Translations under genes and position numbers: made by a program
The notes under the pieces: model-generated
Database searches by the model: none
Told to the model about the DNA's origin: nothing
What the model saw: the letters and a program-made list of their open reading frames with translations, nothing else
Origin: Octopus bimaculoides
Lineage: Eukaryota
Length of the DNA stretch: 64,000 nucleotides
Direction of reading: 5' to 3'
Assembly (NCBI RefSeq): GCF_001194135.2
Contig: NC_068985.1
Location: 22,412,745-22,476,744, forward strand
Shown here: positions 50,690-63,780 of the stretch, in pieces
How positions within the stretch are numbered: the stretch's first letter is position 1
Layout of the letters: every line of letters starts with the position of its first letter

Positions 50690-51950
50690 AGTGGGGTGTT
50701 CAGCCGCGCGGCGAGGTGATGACCGCGATAGCATTACTGCGGAGAAAGGCCAGCGACACTCGCTGTTGCAGTCACTCCATCTCACGAGGTTCATTTCTCC
50801 GTTGGGCCCCCGTTATCCCTAATTTTGCGGAGGAAATCGGTAGTCTCGACGGCGAGAGGTAGAAACTGATAGCGGCCGGCCAGATTCTTGTGTTTCTTGA
50901 TTTTTCTCTCCGCGTTACTAGCAGCGACACCAGGATTTGCAATAGATACTGCAAGGTTGGAGCCGAAGAACGTGTCGCTGCCCGTCGCGTCCCAGATTAG
51001 ATCTGCCTCCTTCGAATGGGAAGACGGTTATTCCGCCGGGGAGCTTACCGACGCCAAGGTTGAGACCTGCTAACTCAAGATATCTAAGATATCAGAGCGG
51101 TAGTAGACGAATTCGGCCTGCATCCTTATCCTGCGCCAGCTGCGTCAGACCCCTTCTGATTATATCATTCAGAGCAGTGTGTCGGGGAAACCGGCCCACG
51201 CTGAGGCGCAGGATAAGGATGCAGGCCGAATTCGTCTACTACCGCTCTGCAGTCATATTTGTGCGGCTCGCACACGCAGAGAGCGAGGCGCTGGGCCTCC
51301 CCAATACAGGTACACTTATCATCTAGAATATTATCGGAAGATGAGGAGAGCATCTAATTAATCCATGCACTGTAATTTGGCTGCAAGGCGGAACGGAGGC
51401 AGGAAAGGCAGTGCTAGTCTAGTGATGTCTCTAGCTACTTGAAGGTTGACCTGCATCTCATGTCATCCCAGTTGTGTTTAGACATCCATATTTTTAGGTA
51501 CGGCGAGCCCATCAGTGGTCCAGTCGGTGAGGGTTGACTTCCATATCTGGGCTACATTAGGTTCGGCTAACCTGCAGAGTTTTTTTGTCAATAAGGGTGC
51601 CGAGGAAAGATAGGCCAGCAGAGCCTGGTACACTGTAGACCGGAGCCACCGAATCTCATAGGCAGTTTGGCCTGTTTTCAAACCTGACATTACAGATCAG
51701 TTCGGCACAGCCCTGGATGGTGTTATCGAAATCACTGAGAGGGTGACATGGCACACTGTGTAATGAGAAAAGGAGCTTAGGCCTCCATCACCCTCTAAAA
51801 CAAACAAAAAGCCTTCTTTCATCAATAGCAAACAAACGTCTGAAAAGTGACTGTCCTGTACGACTAGCACATTCCGCGCTACGTTATCGATACAACAGTT
51901 AAATAGCTCAAGCATTTCCTCCAAAGCGCTAACAATTCTGATAACCAATC
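50690..51950 (-). mobile_element. CRE-like (RLE-encoding) non-LTR retrotransposon remnant
   Basis: AQRLALCVCEPHKYDCRAVVDEFGLHP...FPRHTALNDIIRRGL...GKLPGGITVFPF...LIWDAT...FLPLAVET...QRVSLAF.R.NA follows the CRE zinc-knuckle/RLE pattern (RH..LND; RPDG.T..P; WD.T; P.AVET; QR.S.A.QRGN). Confidence 0.75.
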
Positions 51951-53468
51951 GTCGACATATATTTTGCTGCTATGTAATTTCTCTCACTATTTTATTGGTA
52001 TCTTTATGAATATGAGGAGGAACTTTTGCAAGTTTTTTTTGTTCCTAATAATTTTCAGCGTCCTGATTTCGGTACATAAGATTTAAAACATAGAATGGAG
52101 TTTTGAATAGCTTTTGGTATGAATTTCAAAGAAAGGACTTTCACACGCAATAATATCTGAAAACAATTTGTAAAGATATGAGCCACAAATATAATTTAAG
52201 ATAGGCTGAGTAAATGTCGGCTTTGTGACTTAAATATAATTTTATAATTGCTGATGATAATGATTAATAAGATAGGTGTGATTACAAGCAGCTACAGAAA
52301 GATTAACATTGGTGATGTAAGGGAAATAATTAACGCTGAAAATTAGAAGTAGTTTCCCTTTAAGCACCTATGTTCTAGCCAAGCAACTGAGGAAACTGCA
52401 TGAAATAACAACCAAATGTCCTTCAAACCATACGTTACTTTACTGTCTTTGGAATAAAATATATTGAATAATATAGTTCTGGATACACTCTGTGCAGGAA
52501 AAAGGCGACACAGTCAAGCTTGAATACTTTTGATCATAACTCTACTCAAGGATGGATCCTATTGAGATTTATATTTTATAGGCTATAGATATGTGTGTAT
52601 GTATATTTATTCTCTTGTTTTTATAGGTAGTTGGAAAAACTTCCTTTTGTATATACCTCACCCCATAAATAAAAAGAAATATTACACATGGTGGAAAAGT
52701 GATTTCCTACCATGTCTTATAATAATAATGATGAGAAAGTCATAAAGATTAAGAATTTCTATTATAAATGGATAAGTGTCCATGCTGCATCAAGGTCACT
52801 ATTATAGATGGATAGGTTGTTTTCCATCTAACGTGACTCTACTCAGAAGGCTGTAATATCATTTGACAGGAAAACTGGTATAAAGAATACATAAACCAAA
52901 GCTGTGACTTTATATATCTTTAATGTGGCCACACATACATACACAAACTGAATGCTAAATGGAAGTGGTTGATGGACATTTATTCATATATCTACATGCA
53001 TCTGCATGGGTTGTATATCTGCTGTTAACCCTGGTGAGAAGCTCACAGACAGTGATATGTGGAAACCAGTGCAGTGTTGTTGGTGCTGTGTAAAGATGTT
53101 AACGATGTTGGTGAGAGACATGATGGTGGCAACGAAGATGGAGGTCGCTGTAATGTGGTCAGTGGTTAGACCTTGGATGGTCTGGAACTAAGAGACCTCG
53201 AGACTAGGAGAAGGTGAGATTTTATAGCTAATGGTAGGCTCAAATATAGTTTACAACAGACTGTCTCATATGATTTATTTGAAGGCTGTGATTGGTTGGG
53301 TTGCATATTGGCACGTGATAGAGTAAGAGACAAATTGTGCCAACACCAACCAATCAGAGTGGTAGACACAACGGGGTCCAAAACAGCGCCCAAAGTTTAG
53401 CTGTTACCTGCTACATTCATATGTATGTATATATGATAGAGAGAGGAAGTTCACTAGAGTTTGCTACA

Positions 53469-53614
53469 CTATTAAAAAAGCTTCATTTCTGTATTATGTA
53501 TATTCATATCCCAATTTGCCCAATGTTAGGGCCTAAATTGCCTAACTCTATGAAATTTGCCTAACCTTGGGACATGAATATACATAATACAGAAATGAAG
53601 TTTTTTTTTAATAG
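53469..53614. mobile_element. 146-bp hairpin MITE
   Basis: CTATTAAAAAAGCTTCATTTCTGTATTATGTATATTCATATCCCAA (53469-53514) is inverted at 53567-53614. Confidence 0.8.
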
Positions 53615-54532
53615 AAATAGTTAATTTTTATGACTTCCTTCTCATTATTATAAGACATGGTTGGAAATCAGTTTTCCACCATGTGTAATATTAAAAAAAA
53701 AAAATTTTATGGGGGTGGGTACAAAAGGAAGTCTTTCCAGGTAGTTTATCGGATGATTAATATTTGTTGGTTTAAAGGTGGCAATCTGGGCAAAACGCTT
53801 AGTGGCATTTTGTTTCTCTTTACATTCTGAGTTCAAAATCTGCTATGCTTGACTTTGTCTTTCATCCTGGTTGATAAAATAAGTACCAGTTGAGTACTGG
53901 GGTCGAATTAATTGACTTACCCTTCCATCGAAATTGCTAACTCTATATCAAAGTTTGAAATCAATATTTGTTGGCATGATTAAGGAACAAAGATTAAGAT
54001 TGTAGCTGAATAATAAACCAACCTCCTTGAAGTCGTAGGTCTACTCAGTTAGAGATGACATGGATCTATACAATGCCTGTTTTTTGATTCTCCTTAAAAG
54101 AAGTTGACAGTAAACTTTCACAAGAGATTCAGTTGACACCTGAATCTGAAATAGAAGCTATTTAATATAAGCCCACAGTTTGGTGGTCCAAGACACTGTA
54201 TAGAACAAGACTATGCTTAGCTAATGAAGTCGAACAAGCTCAAAACATGTCTAGCATTGTCCCAGTACTACCAGAGATCAGACTTACTCTCTTCTGATTT
54301 CTGTTTTAAAATAATTTAAAACCTGGGTATGTCTCTCTTGCAGTGTTAGTCATTAGAGATAATGAACTTTTCTCTCTGATTAAGAAGCTTGCTTTGCAAT
54401 CATATGATTTCAGGTTCAGTCACACTGTGCGACCCCCAGGTAAGTTTCTTCTACTAAAGCTCTGGGCTGACCAGTGCTTTGTGAGTGAACTTGGTAGATA
54501 GAAACTGTGTGGAAGCTCATTGTATATATATA

Positions 54533-54722
54533 TCTATAATAATAAAAGTGAAATTCTGTCCGTCTGTGAACCCTGTGTCTTGGTCTACATTTGCTCTATA
54601 TAGATATATTATACCATTTTGGTATCAGGATGATCCTGGGATTGAAAATCTGCCTGTCATTTGGTTCTTGAACATCCAGCATTGGGATCTGATTTAAAAG
54701 CATTTGGGGTTGCTATTTCTAG
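54533..54722 (+). mobile_element. Possible non-autonomous Helitron-like element
   Basis: A|TCTATAATAATAAAAG start, weak subterminal hairpin, then CTAG (followed by C rather than T); partial copy at ~61770-61935. Confidence 0.35.
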
Positions 54723-55025
54723 CAGGTAAAGCTTGGCTGATTCATGTCATCTTGGTTGGCATTTGTCAGATGATGTCAGAGATCAAGGGGGAGATAAATG
54801 ACGTTCACTTTGTTAACTGAGATAAGAACTTTGGGACAAATTGGCCGACAATGAATAAAATGATTGCATTACAGAATTAATTCTCATCTGTCCTTAACCC
54901 CTGATCAAACATCACTGGAGCATATAGCCATGCTATTTAGTTCTCTTTAGTTTTGAGTCACAGGCCCAATTAGCCCTCCACAGGAACCAGGTTAAAAGTC
55001 CACATAGAATGTGGCTTTTAAGCTA

Positions 55026-55065
<40 letters not shown>

Positions 55066-55764
55066 ATGTCTTAGTGTTTGTTCTCTACCATTACTTGACA
55101 ACTGGGGTTGATTTGTCTGTGTTACTGTAACTTAGTGGTTCAGCAAATGTGGTGGAATAAGTACCAGATATATAAAAAAAAAAACTTCCTTTTACTTGTC
55201 TAAACACTTCATGGTGGGGCCCTAACATGGCTACAGTCCAATAATGAAACAAGTAAAAAATAAAATAATATCAATTAATCACTTTTAATTAGAATTGTTT
55301 ATTTACTACATTCAGTGTGTTAGCATTGCCTTAATTGATTGAAAGAATGATTGGGTAAAAATACTCAGAAATGCAACAGACATCTCAGTCATTCTTTTAA
55401 GTTATGTTACCAAGTGTTCAAAACCTATATTCTTTATAGTCATTCTAAGCTCTCTTGTTAGACAATGTTTTGCTGATGAAGTCTAATGATGGTACTTATT
55501 TTATATTTTTTAAATTACATCCCCTGGTGTTTCTGATTCATCATTTACTGTTCACTTTTCCATGCTTGCATAGGTGAAATGGAATTCAGTGAGGCTGATT
55601 TTCTACAATGGGATACCTTTCCTGTCACCAACCCTCATCTGTTTCCAAGCAAACAAATATTTTCCTATGACCAAACATGTTTCTGATGAAAGACTGGGAT
55701 TGAACAATATTGCTTATAACCATCTCATAATATCAAGACAAGGGTAGACACAAACATATACATG

Positions 55765-55850
55765 CATGCATGTATGTATGTATGTATGTATGTATGTATG
55801 TATGTATGTATGCATGCATGCATGCATGCATGCATGTATGCATGTGAGTG
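55765..55850. repeat. (TGTA)n/(TGCA)n tetranucleotide microsatellite
   Basis: Directly visible. Confidence 0.9.
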
Positions 55851-56637
55851 AGTATGCTTGTGTCTTCTTGACTTGACACTGCTTGATTGTTGTATGTCAT
55901 TCATTTCCAATATTCTGCAAAATCATGTTTGACCATGAGGGAATATCACCTCACTTGGAAGCAGGTGAGGGTTGGCAATATGATGGGTATCTAGCCATAG
56001 AAAATCAAATCTGCTTCAATAAACTCTATCCAACCCATGCAAGGATGGTAAAGTGGACATTAAAACAACAGTGGTAATGAGGACAGGCTTCTTTCAGTTT
56101 CTCGCAACTAGAGTCACTTATGAAGTTTTGGTTGACCTGGGGCTTAAGTAGAAGACACTTTCCTAAAGTGTCATGCAGATGGACTGAATTCATGATCACA
56201 CTGTTGGGAAGTGGAATTCTTAACTACATAGCTAAGTCTATTAGATTATTTTCTTTGTTTCACCATCTCTTCATACTAATACACCTAATTTTTATTCAGC
56301 ATCTAATTATAGTTCACTACCAAAGCAGCAATATCAACTATATAGACGTCTGCACATGGCTTAGTGATTAGAGCATTTGGCTCACAATTGTAAGGTCATG
56401 AGCTTGATACCTGGCAGCACATTGTGTCCTTAAGCAAGATACTTTTTCATGTTGCCCCAGTTCACCTAGCTGGCAAAAATGAGTAGTACCTGGAGTGCTA
56501 GTTGTGTTTAGTTTTCAGTTAGGTTCTGAAGCATCTGTACTATTTCCTAACCTTTTCTTTCCTTTATGACAATCATTTAGTTCATTCCTGATAAGTAATA
56601 AGATTGTTTTTGGTCTAATTCTTTTATTGTGTATTAA

Positions 56638-56849
56638 CTCTTTAGCATTCAGATTATTTTGCCAAATATGATGCTTATTTATTCACATCGTTTTGAATTA
56701 ATCAAGAATTATCTCATAGCTTTGAAATTTTTTATTGATGTGATTGTATATTTTTAGTATGACATTGTAGATCAGATGTGAGAGGTTAAATCTGCCCAGT
56801 TTGAGCATAAAACTTGTAGAATAATTGGGCTGAATTAAATGTTAAAGTG
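56638..56849. mobile_element. piggyBac-type MITE (second copy at 62140-62351)
   Basis: TTAA-C(T)CTTTAGCATT ... AATGTTAAAG(T/G)G followed by TTTTAA. Confidence 0.6.
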
Positions 56850-57269
56850 TTTTAATAATGTATTTAAGTTTTATTGAGATTCCCTCTCAAGATGGTGTCA
56901 GCACATCTGACATTTGGAATAAGATCAATATGGTCTCAGCTTGCGAAGACTTGTTGGGAAAGTGAAATCGTGATGGCACCTGTGTCCAGAGTCGCCTTTC
57001 TGGCACTTGTGCCCGCGGCATGTGTAAGGACTTTCGAGCGAGATTGTTGCCAGTGCCCCTGGACTGGCTCTTGTGCGGGTGGCACATAAAATACACCATT
57101 CTGAGCGTGGCCGTTGCCAGTACTGCNNNNNNNNNNTTAGGAAGGGCATCCAGCTGTAGAAACTCTGCCAAATCAGATTGGAGCCTGGTGTAGCCATCTG
57201 GTTTCACCCGTCCTCAGTCAAATTGTCCAACCCATGCTAGCATGGAAAGCGGACGTTAAACGACGATGA

Positions 57270-57318
<49 letters not shown>

Positions 57319-57440
57319 AACATATATATATATATATATATACACATACATATATATATACATACATAATATAAATAATATATATATATATGCATATATA
57401 CAACACATATGTACATACATATGTATGTATACAGGTATGC
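57270..57440. repeat. Compound (TA)n/(CA)n microsatellite
   Basis: Directly visible. Confidence 0.9.
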
Positions 57441-57474
57441 ATACTGCTTAGCGTACTGTTTTATCATTACTATC

Positions 57475-58612
57475 ACACACATTTTAGCCTTTGGCTCTGG
57501 TTGAAGCCATCTGTAACATCATTGCCATTATAACACATTGTCATCAGTGACAGTGAGAGACCATCTAAGTAATTGTGACTATTTATAAGTAGCATGTCTC
57601 AATATGTCATATCCACATGCTGTGAAACACTTGTTGAAATTGCTATCCAGCTTGCCACCTATTATTAGCACAAACGCATGCTTTTACTCTTCATAATACA
57701 ATTATATATTTTAAAGCACATATACATATACAACCAAATATCGAAGCATACATTCTCTCATACATTACTAAACTGAAATTTTTGTTCCTGAAATATTTCT
57801 CTCAATGTACTTCTAGAAGTTCAGAAAATATCTTATATAGCGTTTGAAAACAAATATTTTTCATATTGCAGAGTTGACACACAAACATTATCTTTCAGTC
57901 TTTTCTCAACAACGATAGACAGCTGTTGGTCTCGACTGAAAATTTTCTATTCAAAGAAAGAATCATCATCATCATCATCGTTTAACGTCCACTTTCCATG
58001 CTGGCATGGGTTGGATGGTTTGACTGCAGACTGGCAAGCCAGGAGGCTGCATCAGGCTCCAATCTGATCTGGCAAGGTTTCTACAGCTGGATGCTCTTCC
58101 TAATGCCAACCACTCCAAGAAAGTACTGGGTGCTTTTTACGTGCCATCGGCACAGGAGCCAGTTGAGTAGTATTGGCATTGACCACACCTGAATGGTGCT
58201 TTTTACATGCCACCAGCACAGGCACCAGTCAGGTGGCTCTGGCAATGACCACGCTTGAATTGTGCTTTTTATGTACCACCAGCACGGCACCAGTCAGGCA
58301 GACTCTTCAACACCCAAACTTTAAATAGAAACGACAAAAGACTTGAATAAAGTTGAAAAACTATTTAATACAGGAAATATAAACACTTAGCTAATAAATA
58401 AATGAATAAAAGTCGTATATTCAAATAAACAGGTACAGACAGAGTTCAAAAATTGATTGTTAAAATGTCATGTTTTACAACATATTAGAATCAATGTAAA
58501 CAGGTTTTCTTTTCCATTGTGTGAGTGAAGAATAAAAAATAGACGAGGCACAATTGCAAGACATTGAGTCATCTTGGCAGTGACGTGTCCTCAGCTAGAT
58601 TCACTATTTATA
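57475..58612 (+). repeat. Local duplication, copy B of 44845-45652, with a later SINE insertion
   Basis: Matches copy A on both sides of the insertion at ...AAAGAAAGAAT|CATCATC. Confidence 0.9.
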
Positions 58613-60863
58613 GTTTGTCCATTCAAAGTTTAAGACGTCAAACTTCAAATATTTCCTTGCCAGAAGTTAAAAGAATTTGTGATCAGTCCACATCAACCAA
58701 ATAAGATGTCAAAGAAAAGGTTAGTCAATGAGCTACACCTAGTCGAATTAGTAACATTTTAATAAAATTTGTTATTCCCATTTTCTTTTGCAGCTGTTCT
58801 GTCTGGTAGGCTATTAGATTGCATGTATTGATAATAACCACACTAAGATTCATTTGAGTTTCCAAATATTTTAGTTATCATCGCACTGTATCTACATATT
58901 TTTGTTCAATAAATTTATACCATGTATGTGGTACAAGGCATATTAATCATTGCATGCAATGAATATTGGTTAATCAACACTACTAGTTAAGGCTTATGAA
59001 TCGGAGAGAAAGATGAGCAAATTGAGATAGCCAAACAGGACAAGAAAAAAATCTTGTGTAAATTCTGAGAAGTGAAAGACTCCATACGCGCTCTCAAATT
59101 GCCCCTATAAACCCCCAAAAGCCTGCTCTAAGCTGAATTTCTTTGCCTTTAAATAATTGTCTGTCCAGAAAGTTGTAGAATTTTTGGTGGAAACACTTAC
59201 TTTCTCTGAAGTTGTGTGTGATGATTGACCAAGCCATATTTGCATAGGTATTAATATCTTTTATGGCGATTCTTTTCCTTTTATAGAAACATATTAGGTG
59301 GTGATTCTCAACTAGGGAAACCTGAGAACTATGGTTCAAACCTCAGCTGCTTTCTTGCCACAAAGTTTTAGTATTCTATAGAGATTAAAATGTAATGCAC
59401 ACAGTAGTTATTCAGAAAGCAACATAGAATATGCTATTCTTGACAAAATGTCAAAGTATTATATTCAAAATTTCAGAATATCTGTCAAGTTGGATATATG
59501 GAGAAAAACTATCCTGGATGGAAGTTTAGCTGTGAGGTTATAAAGTCTCTCTTGGTTTACTACGGCATTTTGCATACCATTATATAGCATGCTTACTTGT
59601 GGAAATAATACAAGAAACAAACTTTAAAATAACAGTGACACTTTATTCCTCTGCTAAATTATACAGTGGACCAAATAAATGCATCACGGATTCTGGTGGG
59701 TGTATAGTTCATCCATCGTTTGAATAATTCAGCTCTGGCTGTCGTTGATTACAAGTGCTTCATTATAACAGCATAGAAAATATCCTGACACATCCTCCTT
59801 GGAATCCTTTCACGTCTCTGTCATAGGGGTTTTGTTATGGTTATATATGGAGAAATGTAGGTTCCCAACGACAGTCCATTTTTAGAAAGTATTACGCACA
59901 ACATGATTGGATCTGAGATCCATATCCCGTGCAATATTCAATCAATCAAAATGCAGAACTCAACCAAAAGTTCCAAGCTCACACGATAGGCCAAACGATC
60001 AATCATTAAATATTAAACGCGTGAAGACTATAAAAGGCTAGTCGACTACAAAATGTAATAGAAATGGGTCTTGCTACAGAAGTAATGGTTGCAAACAGAC
60101 AGCAAATGACACATCACGGCATGAGCTCTTGTTCAGTTAATACTTTGTTTTGGGTGAGACGCCAGAGAAGTCAAAAACTACTTTTTCAGCATCTCAGATC
60201 TTCCAAATGTTCGTCAATACATATATAATACACTATGTGTTTTCATAATATTATTTTGCTCGTTTCAGTCATTTGACTGCCACCATGCTGGAGCACCACC
60301 CTTAGTTGAACAAATTGACCCTAAGACTTATTCTTTGTAAGCCTAGTACTTCTTCTAATGGTCTTTTTTGCAGAANNNNNNNNNNGGGGGGGACAATCAT
60401 ATACACACACACACACACATGTATATGCATATATACGACAGGCCTCTTTCAGTTTCCATCTACCAAAGCCACTCACAAGGCTTTAGTTGGCCCAAGGTTA
60501 TAGTAGAAGACACCTGCCCAAAGTGCCATGCAGTGGAACTGAACCTGGAGCCATGTGGTTAGGAAGCAAACTTCTTACTACACAACCACGCCTGAATGTA
60601 TGTATGTGTGTGGGTGTGATGACACATAGCTTAATGGTTAGGGTGTTGTACTCATGATTTCCATTTCTAGACCTAGTGGTGCACTGTGTTCTTGAGCAAA
60701 ACACTTCATCTCACGTTGCTCTGCAATGACTTTGACACCTGATGCGTGGCTCACAGTGCACTTGTTGATTTGATTGGAGAGAATGAGCTGATGTGCGGCA
60801 CAAACATTTGATCATTATAAACCAATCATTTGTGCCGAACAAGAGTATCCATCACACACACAA

Positions 60864-61044
60864 ACGAGGGGTATTGAAAAGTTCCTGGCTTTAAGGGTGT
60901 CCTGAAAGACCTTTACAGAACTTCTGGAGGATCGCTGCAATAAGCATGTCAATCTGAGAGAATTTGTTGAATAAAATCATAATTAACTGATACTCCTGTA
61001 TTTTCATTTACCCAAAGCCATAAACTTTTCAGCACTCCTTCATA
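60864..61044 (+). mobile_element. Internally deleted mariner element
   Basis: ACGAGGGGTATTGAAAAGTTCCTGGCTTT / AAAGCCATAAACTTTTCAGCACTCCTTCATA TIRs; retains DRCNKHVNLR-EFVE*, similar to the mariner C-terminus RW.KCV.L.G.YVE. Confidence 0.75.
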
Positions 61045-61454
61045 TGCTAGAGCACCGCCTTGAAGGGCTTTAATCGAACAAATTGACCCCAGGCCTTATT
61101 CTTTTTAAAGCCTAGTACTTGTTCTATTGGCCTCTTGCTGAACCGCAAAGTAATAGGGATGTAAACATACCAACACTGGTTGTCAGGCAGTGATGTGAAT
61201 CACAGACACCTCACACACATATATACACAATAGGCTACTTTCAATTTCAGCCAAATCCACTCACAAAGCTTTGGTCAGCCTGTGGCTATTGTTAGTGAAC
61301 AACACATGCCTGAGGTTCCATGCAGTAGGACTGAACCCAAAACTGTGGTTGGGAAGTAAACTTTTTACCACAAAGCTACAACTACTGCTTTTTTTTTTTG
61401 TGACACTAGCATTTGACACTGTTGAATTACATTCTTAATTGCCTGATTAATGTT

Positions 61455-62435
61455 CAGTCACACCGTGCAGCCCCTGGGTAAGTTTCTTCTACTCAAGTTC
61501 TGGGTTGACCAGTGCTTTGTGAGTGAAATTGGTATACAGAAACTCCATGGAAGCTCATTGTATATCATCATCGTTTAATGTGTTTTCCATGCTGCCATGG
61601 GTTGGATGGATTGACTGAGGTCTGGAGAGCCAGTGGCTGCACCAAGCTCCAATCTGATCTGGCAATGTTTCTACAGCTGGATGTCCTACATAACACCAAC
61701 CACTCTGAGAATATTGTGGGTGCTTTTTGCATGCCACCGGCACAGGAGCCAATCAGGCAGGACTCAGCAAAATTTTGTCCGTTTGGGAACCCTGTGTCTC
61801 GGTCTACATTTGCTCTACGTAGACATACTATTTTGGTTTCAGGATGATCCTGGGATTGACAATCTTCCTATCATTTGGTTCTTGAACATCCAGCATTAGG
61901 ATCTGATTTGAAAGCATTGGCGTTGCTATTTCTAGCAGGTAAAGCTTGGCTGATCCTCTCATTTGGCTCATGAGATACCTGGCAAAAATGTGTAGTACCG
62001 GGAGTGATAGTATTTAGTTAGGTTAATCTGAAGCATCTGTAATATTTCTTAACCTTTTCTTTCCTTTATGACAACCATTTAGTTCATTCCTGATAAGTAA
62101 TAAGATTGTTTTTGGTCTAATTCTTTTATTGTGTATTAACTCTTTAGCTTTCAGATTATTCTGTTAAATATGATGCTTATTTATTCACATTGTTTTGAAT
62201 TAACCAGGAATTATCTCATAGCTTTGAAATTTTTTATTGATGTGATTGTATATTTTTAGTATGACATTGTAGATCAGATGTGAGAGGTTAAATCTGCCCA
62301 GTTTGAGCATAAAACTTGTAGAATAATTGGGCTGGATTAAATGTTAAAGGGTTTTAATAATGTATTTAAGGTTTATTGAGATTCCCTCTCTTCACGATGG
62401 TGTCAGCACATCTGGCATCTGGATAAGTTTAATAC
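61455..62435 (+). repeat. Deleted duplicate of ~54405-56930
   Basis: Matches 54405-54745 (with an added SINE) and 56375-56930. Confidence 0.85.
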
Positions 62436-62437
62436 AG

Positions 62438-63780
62438 TCTATATAAAACTGAGAATGTGTGTCTGTCTGTGTGAATCCCTAAAACTCAAGAAGTACCCAA
62501 CTGATTTCATTTAAATCTTACACATGCATTACTTAGGGCTTAGAAAAAAATTTTCAACATCTTACCTAATGTGGGTCTGGACCTATCTTTTAGACTGGTT
62601 TGGTATTATGTGTCAAAAGATAAGAGTTTCACTTTTAATTCTAATGTGATAACACTAAGATCATCTCATTTCTATTATATTTGAAATAAATAATTTATAT
62701 CCTAATGTGAACAACATTACGCATCGGCAACTTTCCACCTTTACGGCCATGGCAGCGGAATGGTGTGTCAGTATATCTGTTGACCGACCTACCAAACAGC
62801 TCGAGGTGAAATGCTACCAAAAACAATGAGGTGGCAGGTCCAAGGTATATAAAAATACACATTTACCGATCACGATCAATTACCTGTTAATAATTATCGC
62901 AGCAGTTGCAAGGTATTTACAGTTACATATTAACCCTTAAATTAACATTTAATAGGTGTGCTTAATATATATATTTTAAGAAATTTATCTATAATGATTA
63001 TTGTGGCATTTACCATCAAATTAGCAGTTTGTACATATGCTTCTATTTGGATAATTTACACTGCATACAAAAATAGAAATTAATGTATAATTTTTTTCTA
63101 TATTCATAATCTTTTATTTACAATATTGAAAAAAATATGCCACCAAGAAAAGATATAATCTCTCCAGAAACAAGTATAAAGGAAGGAGGATTGTAGAAAA
63201 TAGAAGGCAAGAGTCTCAATGGAGAAGGGACTTTCTCAAGATCAGCAAAGTCATGCTGACTCATTTAAACAATGTTTTAATGATTAGACAGAGATCCAAA
63301 AGAATAGCTCTCAGAAACAGTACACATACAAGTTTGTTCTTCACAACTCCTGGACCTGCTTTCAAATATGATCCATCTCATTCTTATAAAAATGATAATT
63401 CTGTCCAAATTGGTGTGCTAGACTCAAATTGTCATTTCTGCAAAACTTTAAAATTTCCAAATGAAACTAATGGCATATGCTGCTCAGGCGGTAAGGTAAG
63501 ATTGCCAGTACTACCAGCTCCTCTTCAACCTCTTATGGATCTTCTGTTAGGTACTCCTAGTCAAAGGATTTTCTGAACAATATCAGACAATACAACTTTG
63601 CATTTCAAATGACATCATTTGGTGCATCTAAGGAGACCGTTGAACATGGATTTACACTGCTGTTCAAAGTTCAAGGGCAAGTCTGTCACTTCATTGATTC
63701 CCCTGTTACCCACAACTGAACAACCAAAATTCCCCCAAATTTACTTTATAAGTGATGTATGACAGACCCGAAGGAGATGT
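62438..63780 (+). mobile_element. Helitron 5' portion with decayed RepHel N-terminal coding region
   Basis: TCTATATAAAACTGAG 5' end; CHFCKTLKFPNETNGICCSGGKVRLP.L..P..PL, then after a frameshift FLNNIRQYNFAFQMTSFGA...FKVQGQV.H. Confidence 0.85.

Noticed and set aside
59094-60180. Possible exons of a second gene
   Set aside because: An 81-aa ORF without recognisable motifs and no phase-consistent chain of splice sites.
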